Below are positions 18,901 through 30,216 of a stretch of 64,000 nucleotides of DNA, in pieces (position 1 is the stretch's first letter; each line of letters opens with the position of its first letter). The notes under the pieces are model-generated. The model saw only the letters and a program-made list of their open reading frames with translations. It was not told the DNA's origin and made no database searches. The DNA lies in NCBI RefSeq assembly GCF_041886205.1, contig NZ_CP169029.1; one strand, 5' to 3'. The stretch is from Escherichia coli (GTDB taxonomy: Bacteria > Pseudomonadota > Gammaproteobacteria > Enterobacterales > Enterobacteriaceae). The position numbers and the translations under genes are program-made.

Positions 18901-19953
18901 CTAAACCGGCGCGCCAGTGCGTAACTGCTGTAACAAACGCTCCACGGGAGCCGCCAGGCCAACTGACGGCGGTTGCGCTAAGTTATACCAGAGCGCATTG
19001 CCTTCATCCATGCAGCCGGTGAATGACGACACGGGAAGCCACATAGGCACAATATCTAAGTGGAAATGGCTGAAGGTATGCCGAAACGCGGTCAGTTGCG
19101 TCAGGTTATCGGCAGCAATCTGCCGTTGCGCCAGCCACTGCCGCAAACTTTCTTCGTCGGCAAACTGCGGGAAACAGTATAAACCGCCCCACAATCCGCT
19201 CGGCGGACGCTGCGCCAGCAATACTTCATCTTCGTGCTGTAATAGCAAAAAGTAGCCGGTGCGCTCCGGCAGCGTCTGTTTCGGTTTTTTGCCCGGATAA
19301 AGCGCCCAGCTATTGTTGGCGGCGGCAATACATCCGTTTTGTAGCGGACAGAGCGAACATTTCGGTTTCGAGCGCGTACAAATCATCGCACCCAAATCCA
19401 TCATCGCCTGATTAAACCGTTCCACGCCAACCGCGGGCGTCACCTGCTCGCTCAAACTCCATAATTTATTCTCGACCTCTTTTTTCCCTGGCCAGCCGCT
19501 TACAGCATAGCAGCGCGCCAGCACCCGTTTGACGTTACCGTCGAGAATCGGAAAGTGCTTACCCAGAGAAAGCGAGAGAATCGCGCCTGCGGTGGAACGC
19601 CCGACGCCCGGCAGTGCTGCAACTTCCTCAAAGGTTTCCGGGAATTTACCGCCGTGTAAGGTCGCCACTTGTTGTGCCGCTTTATGCAGATTGCGCGCGC
19701 GGGCGTAATAGCCAAGCCCGGTCCACAAGTGGAGAACTTCGTCGAGCGGCGCATTGGCGAGATCGGTCACCGTCGGGAAGCGCGCCATAAAGCGTTCAAA
19801 ATAGGGGATAACGGTCGCAACCTGAGTTTGTTGCAACATCACTTCTGAGAGCCATACTTTGTAGGGCGTCTTGTCAATTTGCCAGGGCAGAGTTTTTCGC
19901 CCGTATTTATCGTACCAGTCCAGAACCTGGGCTGAAAATTGCGACGCTTGCAT
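18901..19953 (-). CDS. mutY: Adenine DNA glycosylase MutY
   Basis: [25 protein letters not shown]..., 350 aa, with 4Fe-4S cysteines near the C-terminus of the catalytic domain. Confidence 0.93.
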   Translation of the reverse strand: MQASQFSAQVLDWYDKYGRKTLPWQIDKTPYKVWLSEVMLQQTQVATVIPYFERFMARFPTVTDLANAPLDEVLHLWTGLGYYARARNLHKAAQQVATLHGGKFPETFEEVAALPGVGRSTAGAILSLSLGKHFPILDGNVKRVLARCYAVSGWPGKKEVENKLWSLSEQVTPAVGVERFNQAMMDLGAMICTRSKPKCSLCPLQNGCIAAANNSWALYPGKKPKQTLPERTGYFLLLQHEDEVLLAQRPPSGLWGGLYCFPQFADEESLRQWLAQRQIAADNLTQLTAFRHTFSHFHLDIVPMWLPVSSFTGCMDEGNALWYNLAQPPSVGLAAPVERLLQQLRTGAPV

Positions 19954-20113
19954 GGTCACCGAATTCACTGTTGTTGGGGGCAAGATTGCAGCACAGCGAC
20001 GGCAGGGTGTAAACCGGAACTTTCCGCAGCCACGGCCTTATCATGCTTGCATCCGGCAACTAACTTTGGATAATGCCCGTTTTCAGAACACTTTCACAAG
20101 CGACTAAACCTTT

Positions 20114-20833
20114 ATGAAAAACGACGTCATTTCACCGGAATTTGATGAAAACGGCCGCCCACTGCGCCGTATCCGTAGTTTTGTGCGCCGCCAGGGGCGA
20201 CTGACCAAAGGCCAGGAACATGCGCTGGAAAACTACTGGCCGGTGATGGGCGTTGAGTTCAGCGAAGATATGCTGGATTTCCCCGCGCTTTTTGGCCGTG
20301 AAGCGCCGGTGACGCTTGAGATTGGTTTTGGCATGGGGGCGTCGCTGGTGGCAATGGCTAAAGATCGCCCTGAGCAGGACTTCCTCGGCATTGAAGTGCA
20401 TTCACCGGGCGTTGGTGCGTGCCTGGCTTCTGCGCATGAAGAAGGTTTAAGCAACCTGCGCGTGATGTGTCACGATGCGGTTGAAGTGCTGCATAAAATG
20501 ATTCCTGACAATTCATTGCGCATGGTGCAGCTCTTTTTCCCTGACCCGTGGCACAAAGCGCGCCATAATAAACGCCGTATCGTTCAGGTGCCGTTTGCCG
20601 AACTGGTAAAAAGCAAACTGCAGCTGGGGGGCGTATTCCATATGGCGACCGACTGGGAACCTTATGCGGAACATATGCTTGAAGTGATGTCTTCTATTGA
20701 CGGTTATAAAAACCTGTCAGAGAGCAATGATTACGTACCGCGTCCGGCATCACGTCCGGTGACGAAATTTGAACAACGTGGTCATCGTCTTGGTCACGGA
20801 GTATGGGACTTAATGTTCGAGAGGGTGAAATAA
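20114..20833 (+). CDS. trmB: tRNA (guanine-N7)-methyltransferase
   Basis: [34 protein letters not shown]..., 239 aa. Confidence 0.93.
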   Translation: MKNDVISPEFDENGRPLRRIRSFVRRQGRLTKGQEHALENYWPVMGVEFSEDMLDFPALFGREAPVTLEIGFGMGASLVAMAKDRPEQDFLGIEVHSPGVGACLASAHEEGLSNLRVMCHDAVEVLHKMIPDNSLRMVQLFFPDPWHKARHNKRRIVQVPFAELVKSKLQLGGVFHMATDWEPYAEHMLEVMSSIDGYKNLSESNDYVPRPASRPVTKFEQRGHRLGHGVWDLMFERVK

Positions 20834-21159
20834 TGGCAAAGAACCGTAGCCGTCGTCTGCGTAAAAAAATGCACATCGACGAATTCCAGGAATTAGGATT
20901 TTCGGTGGCATGGCGATTCCCGGAAGGTACATCGGAAGAACAGATTGATAAAACCGTTGATGATTTTATTAACGAGGTTATCGAACCGAACAAACTGGCC
21001 TTTGACGGCAGCGGTTATCTGGCCTGGGAAGGTCTGATCTGCATGCAGGAAATCGGCAAATGCACCGAAGAACATCAGGCGATTGTGCGTAAGTGGCTGG
21101 AAGAGCGCAAACTGGATGAGGTACGCACCAGCGAACTTTTCGACGTTTGGTGGGACTAA
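20833..21159 (+). CDS. yggL: Ribosome-associated protein YggL (DUF469)
   Basis: [23 protein letters not shown]..., 108 aa; ATG overlaps the trmB stop (TAATG). Confidence 0.9.
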   Translation: MAKNRSRRLRKKMHIDEFQELGFSVAWRFPEGTSEEQIDKTVDDFINEVIEPNKLAFDGSGYLAWEGLICMQEIGKCTEEHQAIVRKWLEERKLDEVRTSELFDVWWD

Positions 21160-21190
21160 GAAAGCATACGGGCGATGACAAATGCAAAAC

Positions 21191-21272
21191 TGCCTGATGC
21201 GCTACGCTTATCAGGCCTGGAAAGATGCACGATCGAGTAGGCGGGATAAGGTGTTTACGCCGCATCCGGCAT
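21191..21272. repeat. REP (repetitive extragenic palindromic) elements
   Basis: gcctgatgcgctacgcttatcaggcc and gccgcatccggca motifs typical of E. coli REP/BIME. Confidence 0.7.
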
Positions 21273-21342
21273 GGAAAACGCGTACTTTGTTATCAATCTG
21301 GGGCCAGCAAATGCTGGCCTGATTTTTTCTTGAGGGAAGACT

Positions 21343-22062
21343 ATGATGCGCAAAATGCTGCTGGCGGCAGCACTTTCAGTGACGGCAATGACCGCTCACG
21401 CCGACTACCAGTGCAGCGTCACGCCGCGTGACGATGTGATTGTCAGCCCGCAAACCGTGCAGGTGAAGGGCGAAAACGGCAATCTGGTGATCACGCCAGA
21501 CGGCAACGTGATGTATAACGGTAAGCAATATTCCCTGAATGCCGCCCAGCGCGAGCAGGCGAAGGATTATCAGGCTGAACTACGCAGCACGCTGCCGTGG
21601 ATTGATGAAGGCGCGAAAAGCCGCGTCGAGAAAGCCCGTATTGCTCTGGATAAAATTATCGTTCAGGAGATGGGCGAAAGCAGCAAAATGCGCAGCCGTC
21701 TGACCAAACTTGATGCGCAGCTGAAAGAGCAGATGAACCGCATTATTGAAACGCGCAGCGATGGCCTGACGTTTCACTATAAAGCCATTGATCAGGTTCG
21801 CGCCGAAGGCCAGCAATTAGTGAATCAGGCAATGGGTGGAATTTTACAGGACAGCATTAATGAAATGGGCGCGAAAGCGGTGCTGAAAAGCGGCGGTAAC
21901 CCATTACAGAATGTGCTGGGAAGCCTGGGGGGGCTGCAATCCTCAATCCAAACCGAGTGGAAAAAGCAGGAAAAAGATTTCCAGCAGTTTGGCAAAGATG
22001 TTTGTAGCCGCGTTGTGACTCTGGAAGATAGCCGCAAAGCCCTGGTCGGGAATTTAAAATAA
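21343..22062 (+). CDS. yggN: Periplasmic protein YggN (DUF2884)
   Basis: MMRKMLLAAALSVTAMTAHADYQCSVTPRDD..., 239 aa, signal peptide. Confidence 0.9.
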   Translation: MMRKMLLAAALSVTAMTAHADYQCSVTPRDDVIVSPQTVQVKGENGNLVITPDGNVMYNGKQYSLNAAQREQAKDYQAELRSTLPWIDEGAKSRVEKARIALDKIIVQEMGESSKMRSRLTKLDAQLKEQMNRIIETRSDGLTFHYKAIDQVRAEGQQLVNQAMGGILQDSINEMGAKAVLKSGGNPLQNVLGSLGGLQSSIQTEWKKQEKDFQQFGKDVCSRVVTLEDSRKALVGNLK

Positions 22063-22237
22063 TCCTCTATTTTAAGACGGCATAATACTTTTTTATGCCG
22101 TTTAATTCTTCGTTTTGTTACCTGCCTCTAACTTTGTAGATCTCCAAAATATATTCATGTTGTAAATTGTTTAACGTCAATTTTCCCATACAAAGCTAAG
22201 GGATAATGCGTAGCGTTCACGTAACTGGAGGAATGAA

Positions 22238-23284
22238 ATGGAGTTTTTCAAAAAGACGGCACTTGCCGCACTGGTTATGGGTTTTAGTGGTGCAGCATTG
22301 GCATTACCCAATATCACCATTTTAGCAACCGGCGGGACCATTGCCGGTGGTGGTGACTCCGCAACCAAATCTAACTACACAGCGGGTAAAGTTGGCGTAG
22401 AAAATCTGGTTAATGCGGTGCCGCAACTGAAGGACATTGCGAACGTTAAAGGCGAGCAGGTAGTGAATATCGGCTCCCAGGACATGAACGATAATGTCTG
22501 GCTGACACTGGCGAAAAAAATTAACACCGACTGCGATAAAACCGACGGCTTCGTCATTACCCACGGTACCGACACGATGGAAGAAACCGCTTACTTCCTC
22601 GACCTGACGGTGAAATGCGACAAACCGGTGGTGATGGTCGGCGCAATGCGCCCGTCCACGTCCATGAGCGCAGACGGTCCATTCAACCTGTATAACGCGG
22701 TAGTGACCGCAGCTGATAAAGCCTCCGCCAACCGTGGCGTGCTGGTGGTGATGAACGACACCGTGCTGGATGGGCGTGACGTCACCAAAACCAACACCAC
22801 CGACGTTGCGACCTTCAAGTCTGTTAACTACGGCCCTCTGGGTTACATTCACAACGGTAAGATTGACTACCAACGTACCCCGGCACGTAAGCACACCAGC
22901 GACACGCCGTTCGATGTCTCTAAGCTGAATGAACTGCCGAAAGTCGGCATTGTTTATAACTACGCTAACGCATCCGATCTTCCGGCTAAAGCCCTGGTAG
23001 ATGCGGGCTATGATGGCATCGTGAGCGCTGGTGTGGGTAACGGCAACCTGTATAAATCCGTGTTTGACACTCTGGCGACCGCCGCGAAAAACGGCACTGC
23101 AGTCGTGCGTTCTTCCCGCGTACCGACGGGCGCTACCACTCAGGATGCCGAAGTGGATGATGCGAAATACGGCTTCGTCGCCTCTGGCACGCTGAACCCG
23201 CAAAAAGCGCGCGTTCTGCTGCAACTGGCTCTGACGCAAACCAAAGATCCGCAGCAGATCCAGCAGATCTTCAATCAGTACTAA
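22238..23284 (+). CDS. ansB: L-asparaginase 2 (periplasmic)
   Basis: Signal peptide then LPNITILATGGTIAG...HGTDTMEETAYFL..., 348 aa. Confidence 0.95.
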   Translation: MEFFKKTALAALVMGFSGAALALPNITILATGGTIAGGGDSATKSNYTAGKVGVENLVNAVPQLKDIANVKGEQVVNIGSQDMNDNVWLTLAKKINTDCDKTDGFVITHGTDTMEETAYFLDLTVKCDKPVVMVGAMRPSTSMSADGPFNLYNAVVTAADKASANRGVLVVMNDTVLDGRDVTKTNTTDVATFKSVNYGPLGYIHNGKIDYQRTPARKHTSDTPFDVSKLNELPKVGIVYNYANASDLPAKALVDAGYDGIVSAGVGNGNLYKSVFDTLATAAKNGTAVVRSSRVPTGATTQDAEVDDAKYGFVASGTLNPQKARVLLQLALTQTKDPQQIQQIFNQY

Positions 23285-23291
23285 TCACCTC

Positions 23292-23318
23292 GCCCCGGTA
23301 ACGTGCCGGGGCTTTTTC
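23292..23318 (+). terminator. Rho-independent terminator of ansB
   Basis: Hairpin gccccgg/ccggggc followed by TTTTT. Confidence 0.65.
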
Positions 23319-23400
23319 ACTTCAGACTCACGTCCATTGCCAATTTTCATTACCCTAATGATAATCACCGGAATAAATTATTCCGCGTGAGGTTTTTCGG

Positions 23401-24408
23401 GTGAAAAAGCAATGGATTGTTGGCACGGCACTGCTTATGTTGATGACTGGTAATGCCTGGGCAGATGGCGAACCGCCAACTGAAAATATCTTAAAAGATC
23501 AATTCAAAAAGCAGTATCACGGCATTCTCAAGCTTGATGCTATCACCTTAAAAAATCTTGATGCTAAGGGTAATCAGGCCACCTGGTCAGCGGAAGGCGA
23601 TGTCTCTTCCAGTGACGATCTCTATACCTGGGTCGGTCAGTTGGCAGATTACGAACTGCTCGAACAGACCTGGACGAAAGATAAACCGGTAAAATTCTCG
23701 GCGATGTTAACCAGTAAAGGAACGCCCGCGTCTGGCTGGTCGGTGAACTTTTACTCTTTTCAGGCGGCAGCCAGCGATCGTGGGCGGGTGGTCGACGATA
23801 TCAAAACGAATAATAAATATCTGATCGTGAATAGCGAAGATTTCAATTATCGCTTTAGTCAGCTTGAATCTGCGTTGAATACCCAGAAGAACTCGATTCC
23901 TGCGCTGGAAAAGGAAGTGAAAGCGCTTGATAAGCAAATGGTGGCGGCGCAGAAAGCAGCGGATACATATTGGGGAAAAGATGCAAACGGTAAGCAAATG
24001 ACCCGCGAAGAAGCCTTTAAAAAAATTCACCAACAGCGTGATGAGTTTAATAAACAGAACGATAGCGAGGCGTTCGCGGTTAAATATGACAAAGAGGTTT
24101 ATCAACCGGCGATTGCGGCATGTCATAAACAGAGTGAAGAGTGTTATGAAGTGCCGATTCAGCAGAAACGAGATTTCGATATCAACGAACAACGGCGACA
24201 GACTTTTCTGCAATCACAAAAACTTAGCCGTAAATTGCAGGATGACTGGGTAACGCTCGAAAAAGGGCAATATCCCTTAACGATGAAAGTTTCAGAAATA
24301 AACAGTAAAAAAGTCGCGATTTTGATGAAGATTGACGATATCAATAAGACCTGCGATCGCTGGAAAAAAGATACCGAAGCATTACGGCGCAATGGGGTGA
24401 TTAAGTAA
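23401..24408 (+). CDS. yggM: Periplasmic protein YggM (DUF1202)
   Basis: MKKQWIVGTALLMLMTGNAWADGEPPTEN..., 335 aa. Confidence 0.88.
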   Translation: MKKQWIVGTALLMLMTGNAWADGEPPTENILKDQFKKQYHGILKLDAITLKNLDAKGNQATWSAEGDVSSSDDLYTWVGQLADYELLEQTWTKDKPVKFSAMLTSKGTPASGWSVNFYSFQAAASDRGRVVDDIKTNNKYLIVNSEDFNYRFSQLESALNTQKNSIPALEKEVKALDKQMVAAQKAADTYWGKDANGKQMTREEAFKKIHQQRDEFNKQNDSEAFAVKYDKEVYQPAIAACHKQSEECYEVPIQQKRDFDINEQRRQTFLQSQKLSRKLQDDWVTLEKGQYPLTMKVSEINSKKVAILMKIDDINKTCDRWKKDTEALRRNGVIK

Positions 24409-24424
24409 GTTTGATATAGCGCAC

Positions 24425-24648
24425 GATTTGTAGCAGGATGCGGCGTTGACCCCGCATCCGGCAATCAACGTCTGATGCGACGCTTGCGCGTCTTATCAGA
24501 CCTACAACCGCTGCCACATGTCGGCTGAGGCGCTCACGCCGCATCCGACAATCAACGTCTGATGCGATGCTTGCGCGTCTTATCAGACCTACAAACGTTG
24601 CCACATGTAGGCTGGATAAGGCGTTCACGCCGCATCCGGCAATACAAG
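24425..24648. repeat. BIME cluster: tandem REP elements between yggM and hemW
   Basis: Three copies of gccgcatccggcaa / gtctgatgcga(c/t)gcttgcgcgtcttatcagacctacaa palindromic units. Confidence 0.75.
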
Positions 24649-24649
24649 T

Positions 24650-25786
24650 TTACTCCGCCAGAAAAAGCTCCAGCAGCGAATTTAAAAACAACTTCCCATG
24701 TTCCGTTATCTGCCAGTAATCCGCACATTCGGTGAGATAACCCTGGGCAATCGCCTCGTCTAACTGTGGGCGAATCACATCTTCGCAAAGCCCGGTATAC
24801 GCAATAAACTCCACGCGCGGCGCGGCCTCCAGCAGACGGAAGCGATTCATAAAGAACTCAAACGGCTTATCTGCGGCTTCGACATCACGCTGGCTTTCCA
24901 GATACCTTCCTTGCATAAAACCACGAGGATGACGCGTTTTAGTGGTACGCAGGATGCGCCCATCCGGGAAGGTGACTTTGCCGTGTGCGCCGCAGCCGAT
25001 GCCGATGTAGTCGCCAAATCGCCAGTAGTTGAGATTGTGCTGGCATTGATAACCTGGTTTGGCGTAAGCGGAAGTTTCATATTGCTGATAACCCGCTGCG
25101 GTTAACAACTGATGCCCCTGTTCGAATATATCCCACAGCGCGTCATCGTCCGGCAGTACAGGAGGGCGCGAGCCAAACAGCGTATTGGGTTCGATGGTCA
25201 GTTGATACCAAGAAAGATGCGGAGGATTCAGTTCAATAGCCTGGCGTAGATCGCCAAGCGCCTCTTCCAGTGATTGATCCGGCAGCCCATGCATCAAATC
25301 AAGGTTAAAGCTACGTAACCCTAAACCGCTCGCCAGCTTTGCCGCTCGTTTCGCTTCTTGCGGGCCATGAATGCGCCCAAGTCGTTTCAGCTTTTCTTCG
25401 CTAAAACTCTGCACACCAATAGAGATGCGGTTCACACCAGCACGCTGATAATCGACAAAGCGATCGGCTTCTACTGTTCCAGGGTTCGCTTCCATAGTAA
25501 TTTCTGCATCCGCTGCCAGCGGCAAACGCGCACGCACGCCGTCCAGCAGCGTTTGCATCGCCGGGCCGGAAAGCAGGCTCGGCGTACCACCGCCAATAAA
25601 GATTGTCTTTACTTCACGGCCCTGAGCGTAAGCCACATCGTTGTCCAGATCGTTAAGCAGATGCTGAACATAATCGTCGTGCGGCACTTCTCCTTTCAAC
25701 GCGTGAGAGTTGAAATCGCAGTACGGGCATTTCTGCACGCACCACGGGATGTGAATGTAGAGACTCAGCGGCGGTAATTTAACCAT
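24650..25786 (-). CDS. hemW: Radical-SAM heme chaperone HemW (YggW)
   Basis: [27 protein letters not shown]... (CxxxCxxC radical-SAM motif), 378 aa. Confidence 0.92.
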   Translation of the reverse strand: MVKLPPLSLYIHIPWCVQKCPYCDFNSHALKGEVPHDDYVQHLLNDLDNDVAYAQGREVKTIFIGGGTPSLLSGPAMQTLLDGVRARLPLAADAEITMEANPGTVEADRFVDYQRAGVNRISIGVQSFSEEKLKRLGRIHGPQEAKRAAKLASGLGLRSFNLDLMHGLPDQSLEEALGDLRQAIELNPPHLSWYQLTIEPNTLFGSRPPVLPDDDALWDIFEQGHQLLTAAGYQQYETSAYAKPGYQCQHNLNYWRFGDYIGIGCGAHGKVTFPDGRILRTTKTRHPRGFMQGRYLESQRDVEAADKPFEFFMNRFRLLEAAPRVEFIAYTGLCEDVIRPQLDEAIAQGYLTECADYWQITEHGKLFLNSLLELFLAE

Positions 25787-26372
25787 TACGTAAAGCGTCC
25801 AGCAGCAGTTTCAATGCCTGACCACGGTGGGAAATGGCGCTCTTTTCTTCGCGGGTCAGTTCGGCAGCGGTTTTTCCTTCGGAAGGTACGAAGAAGATTG
25901 GATCATAACCAAAGCCACCAGTGCCCGCCGGTTCGCGAGTAATCACGCCCGGCCAGCTGCCGTGGCACACCAGCGGAGTGGGATCTTCCGCGTGACGCAG
26001 ATATACCAGTACGCAGTGGAAACGCGCCTGACGTTGGTTGTCCGGTACGTCTTTTAGTGTTTCCAGCAGTTTTTGCAGATTCTTTTGATCGGTCGCGTCT
26101 TCACCGGAATAACGCGCGGAGTAAATGCCCGGCGCGCCGCCAAGTACATCTACCGCCAGACCAGAGTCGTCGGCAATTGCCGGTAAACCGGTCACTTTTG
26201 CCGCATGGCGCGCTTTCAGAATCGCGTTTTCGATAAAGGTCAGGCCGGTTTCTTCAGCGGAATCAACGCCGAGGTCTGTTTGGGCCACGATATCAAGACC
26301 GAAGTCGCTAAGCAGCGACGCCAGCTCACGCACTTTACCGGCATTGCCGGTTGCGAGGACAACTTTTTGCAT
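25779..26372 (-). CDS. rdgB: dITP/XTP pyrophosphatase
   Basis: [25 protein letters not shown]..., 197 aa; stop overlaps the hemW start by 8 nt. Confidence 0.93.
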   Translation of the reverse strand: MQKVVLATGNAGKVRELASLLSDFGLDIVAQTDLGVDSAEETGLTFIENAILKARHAAKVTGLPAIADDSGLAVDVLGGAPGIYSARYSGEDATDQKNLQKLLETLKDVPDNQRQARFHCVLVYLRHAEDPTPLVCHGSWPGVITREPAGTGGFGYDPIFFVPSEGKTAAELTREEKSAISHRGQALKLLLDALRNG

Positions 26373-26379
26373 AGGATAC

Positions 26380-26670
26380 CTAATTAATTAACGCCGCGAT
26401 TTCTGGCGGGATTTGTTGCGGATTAATGATTTTAATTTGTTTGTGGCGGCCAAGTTCGCCTTTTTCAATCACCACCTGGCTTTTGGCAACCCGGAATTGC
26501 TTACCGAGAAACTTCACCAGATGGCTGTTGGCCTGGCCGTCAACCGGCGGCGCGGTAATGGCGACTTTAACTTCGTCGCCATGTAAACCGACAATAGAAT
26601 CACGGCTGGCTTTCGGCTGAATATAGAGCCGTAAAACCAGACCGTCATCATTAACTGTTACGGCACTCAT
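26380..26670 (-). CDS. yggU: UPF0235 protein YggU
   Basis: [24 protein letters not shown]..., 96 aa; ATGA overlap with the yggT stop. Confidence 0.88.
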
Positions 26671-27233
26671 AACGCCATCCACAGCCCCGGCAACAGCATG
26701 TTTCCGGTTGCCTGTAATACTTCTGCGACACCCATATTGATGACATACAGCAGCAGAACGAGGATCATCGGCGAGAAATCAATCCCACCCATTGCCGGTA
26801 GCAGGCGGCGAATCGGGCGCAACAGCGGATCGGCCAGCTGAATCAGCACGTATTCAATCGGACTACGACCCTGGCTTACCCAGCTCATAATCGCCATCAC
26901 CAGCAGGACCCAGAAAATCAGCAGGCCGATGGTTTTCAGCAGAATCAGTAAACCGGCAATCCAGATGATTGGCAGGAAGGTCACCACTTTAAACAGCACG
27001 ATGGCTTTGATGAAACTGAGAATGTACGCAACCAGCAGCGAGGCGCTATCAATGGGACCCATTGCCGGAATAACGCGGCGCAGTGGCCCGATAATTGGCT
27101 GCGTTACCTTCACTACAAACTGTGAGAAGGGGTTGTAAAAATCACAATGAGCCCACTGCATCCAGATGCGTAATAACAGCACCATGGTATACAGCTCAAT
27201 GACCGTTGAAAGCAGGAAAGTCAACGTATTCAT
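26667..27233 (-). CDS. yggT: Inner membrane protein YggT (YGGT family)
   Basis: [27 protein letters not shown]..., 188 aa. Confidence 0.9.
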
Positions 27234-27250
27234 GGCGTTCCTTTAATTCC

Positions 27251-27955
27251 TTATTTTTTAGAGTAATCACGCGCACCAAAAATTGCAGTGCCGATACGAA
27301 CCATCGTGCTACCTGCCGCAATGGCGGCTTCCATATCGTCCGACATTCCCAGAGAGAGCGTGTCGATATGCGGGTAGCGCGTTTTCAGTCCGGCAAATGC
27401 TACAGCCATTTGGCGTGCAACTTCAAACTGCCTTACATATTCTGACTCAGGTGCAGGGATTGCCATCAGCCCGCGCAGACGTAAACGCGGTAGTTCAGCG
27501 ACCGCAGCTGCCAGCTCGTCCAGTTCTGCCAGTTGAATCCCGGACTTACTGTTTTCATCACTAATATTAATTTGAATCAGTACGTTAAGAGGGGGAAGTT
27601 CTGCCGGGCGCTGATCGTTGAGGCGGGTAGCAATGCGCAAACGGTCGATGGTATGACACCAGTCGAAATGCTCTGCCACCAGGCGGCTTTTATTAGACTG
27701 CAACGGGCCAATAAAATGCCATTCTAATCCTGTTACGCCCAGTTCCTGAAAGTGGCGAATTTTATCTACCCCTTCCTGAACGTAGTTTTCACCAAATTGA
27801 CGCTGCCCGGCATCAATGGCTTCTGCGATGGCGCTCGCAGGTTTTGTTTTACTGACTGCAAGCAGCGTAATTTCTTCTGGAGAACGGCCGCAACGCGTTG
27901 CAGCAGCTGAGATTTTGTCCCGGACCTGTGCCAGGTTATGCGCAATATCGTTCAT
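27251..27955 (-). CDS. yggS: PLP homeostasis protein YggS
   Basis: MNDIAHNLAQVRDKISAAATRCGRSPEEITLLAVSKTK..., 234 aa. Confidence 0.93.
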   Translation of the reverse strand: MNDIAHNLAQVRDKISAAATRCGRSPEEITLLAVSKTKPASAIAEAIDAGQRQFGENYVQEGVDKIRHFQELGVTGLEWHFIGPLQSNKSRLVAEHFDWCHTIDRLRIATRLNDQRPAELPPLNVLIQINISDENSKSGIQLAELDELAAAVAELPRLRLRGLMAIPAPESEYVRQFEVARQMAVAFAGLKTRYPHIDTLSLGMSDDMEAAIAAGSTMVRIGTAIFGARDYSKK

Positions 27956-27972
27956 TTTCCGAGGATCTTAGT

Positions 27973-28953
27973 ATGAATATGGAAGAAATTGTGGCCCTTA
28001 GTGTAAAGCATAACGTCTCGGATCTACACCTGTGCAGCGCCTGGCCCGCACGATGGCGCATTCGCGGCAGAATGGAAGCTGCGCCGTTTGATGCGCCGGA
28101 CGTCGAAGAGCTACTGCGGGAGTGGCTGGATGACGATCAGCGGGCAATATTGTTGGAGAATGGTCAGCTGGATTTTGCCGTGTCGCTGGCGGAAAACCAG
28201 CGGTTGCGTGGCAGTGCGTTCGCGCAACGGCAAGGTATTTCTCTGGCATTACGGTTGTTACCTTCGCACTGTCCACAGCTCGAACAGCTTGGTGCGCCAC
28301 CGGTATTGCCGGAATTACTCAAGAGCGAGAATGGCCTGATTCTGGTGACGGGGGCGACGGGGAGTGGCAAATCTACCACGCTGGCGGCGATGGTTGGCTA
28401 TCTTAATCAACATGCCGATGCGCATATTCTGACGCTGGAAGATCCTGTGGAATATCTCTATGCCAGCCAGCGATGTTTGATCCAGCAGCGGGAAATTGGT
28501 TTGCACTGTATGACGTTCGCATCGGGGTTGCGGGCTGCATTGCGGGAAGATCCTGATGTGATTTTGCTCGGAGAGCTACGTGACAGTGAGACAATCCGTC
28601 TGGCGCTGACGGCGGCAGAAACCGGGCATCTGGTGCTGGCAACCTTACATACACGTGGTGCCGCGCAGGCAGTTGAGCGACTGGTGGATTCATTTCCGGC
28701 GCAGGAAAAAGATCCCGTACGTAATCAACTGGCGGGTAGTTTACGGGCAGTGCTGTCACAAAAGCTGGAAGTGGATAAACAGGAAGGACGCGTGGCGCTG
28801 TTTGAATTACTGATTAACACTCCCGCGGTGGGGAATTTGATTCGTGAAGGGAAAACCCACCAGTTACCGCATGTTATTCAAACCGGGCAGCAGGTGGGGA
28901 TGTTAACGTTTCAGCAGAGTTATCAGCAGCGGGTGGGGGAAGGGCGTTTGTGA
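27973..28953 (+). CDS. yggR: PilT-family type IV pilus retraction ATPase homologue YggR
   Basis: MNMEEIVALSVKHNVSDLHL...; Walker A GATGSGKSTT; 326 aa. Track ORF starts at an upstream TTG. Confidence 0.9.
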   Translation: MNMEEIVALSVKHNVSDLHLCSAWPARWRIRGRMEAAPFDAPDVEELLREWLDDDQRAILLENGQLDFAVSLAENQRLRGSAFAQRQGISLALRLLPSHCPQLEQLGAPPVLPELLKSENGLILVTGATGSGKSTTLAAMVGYLNQHADAHILTLEDPVEYLYASQRCLIQQREIGLHCMTFASGLRAALREDPDVILLGELRDSETIRLALTAAETGHLVLATLHTRGAAQAVERLVDSFPAQEKDPVRNQLAGSLRAVLSQKLEVDKQEGRVALFELLINTPAVGNLIREGKTHQLPHVIQTGQQVGMLTFQQSYQQRVGEGRL

Positions 28954-28964
28954 CGTTGCCATGC

Positions 28965-29095
28965 CCGATGCGCAAGTTTATAGGGCCTATAAAGGCAATA
29001 AATGTCTGATGCGACGCTAACGCGTCTTATCAGACCTACAGCCGCTGCCAGATGTGTGCTGGATAAGGCGTTCACGCAGCATCCGGCAAAATGGC
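28965..29095. repeat. REP elements
   Basis: gtctgatgcgacgctaacgcgtcttatcagacctac and gccggatgctgcgtgaacgcc motifs. Confidence 0.7.
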
Positions 29096-29128
29096 GGTAA
29101 CGACTATCCAGCAGACTTTTAAATCGCC

Positions 29129-29545
29129 TTAATACCCCTGCTCGAAATAACTTTCGAGAATGATAACCGCAGAGGCAGAGTCAACTTTGCCTTTGTTGAG
29201 CGCCCGATAGCCGCCCTGTTCAAACAGACCGGAACGGGCTTCCACAGTGCTAAGACGCTCGTCATGGAGCTTTACTTCAACACCGAAACGACCATGAATA
29301 CGGTTGGCAAATTTACGCGCTCTGGCGGTTAACGGCTGTTCGGTGCCGTCCATATTCAGCGGCAAACCGACGATGATTTCGTCCGGCTGCCACTCTTTCA
29401 GTAAACGCTCGATGAGGTTCCAGTCCGGCGTACCGTCCTGTGCTTTAATTGCAGGCAAAGGGCGAGCGGTGCCGGTAATGCGTTGGCCGACCGCTACGCC
29501 AATGCTTTTGGTGCCGAAGTCGAAGGCGAGTAAGGTTCCACTCAT
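29129..29545 (-). CDS. ruvX: Putative pre-16S rRNA nuclease / Holliday-junction resolvase-like protein RuvX (YqgF)
   Basis: [30 protein letters not shown]..., 138 aa; ATGA overlap with the yqgE stop. Confidence 0.92.
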
Positions 29546-30108
29546 CAGGCGTGTCCTGCCACACCAGGCATGGTGAGAATATCCACACCAATCAGTTTTG
29601 CCGCCTCGCGCCAGCGGTCGGCAATCGGCGTTTTGAACAGAATATTCAGATCTGCCGGGGCCGTTAGCCACGCGTTATCGAGAATTTCTTGTTCCAGTTG
29701 ACCTTTCTCCCAGGAGGCATAGCCCAGAGCCACCAATACGTCAGACGGTTGTTTATCGGTGCCGAGCGTTTCCAGCACATCGCGGGAAGTGGTCATCACC
29801 GTGTTGTCTGAAATGCGAATGCTGGAAGCAAAATTGGAGGGCGGAGTATGCAAAATAAACCCGCGATCTTCAGCCAGTGGGCCGCCGAGCATAACCGGTT
29901 TATCCAGACGGATTGATTCATCACGCGGCTCCGGCGTGATCTTCAGCTTTTCCAGAATCCCTTCAATTTTGAGATTTTCCAGCGGCTTGTTGACGATGAT
30001 CCCCATTGCACCATTGGTATTATGTTCGCAAATGTAGACCACGGAACGACGGAAAATCGGATCCTGGAGAGCAGGCATGGCAATAAGAAAGTGATGCTGT
30101 AAATTCAT
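29545..30108 (-). CDS. yqgE: UPF0301 protein YqgE
   Basis: [30 protein letters not shown]..., 187 aa. Confidence 0.9.
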
Positions 30109-30216
30109 TGTCAGAGGTTCTGTTTCCTGGTTCAAAAAAGCAACAGCGCCCAGTATGCGTGGAAAGAAGGGCGCTGTCACTCAGAGTCTCAACGAGATCC
30201 TTCTCGCTAAGGTGGG

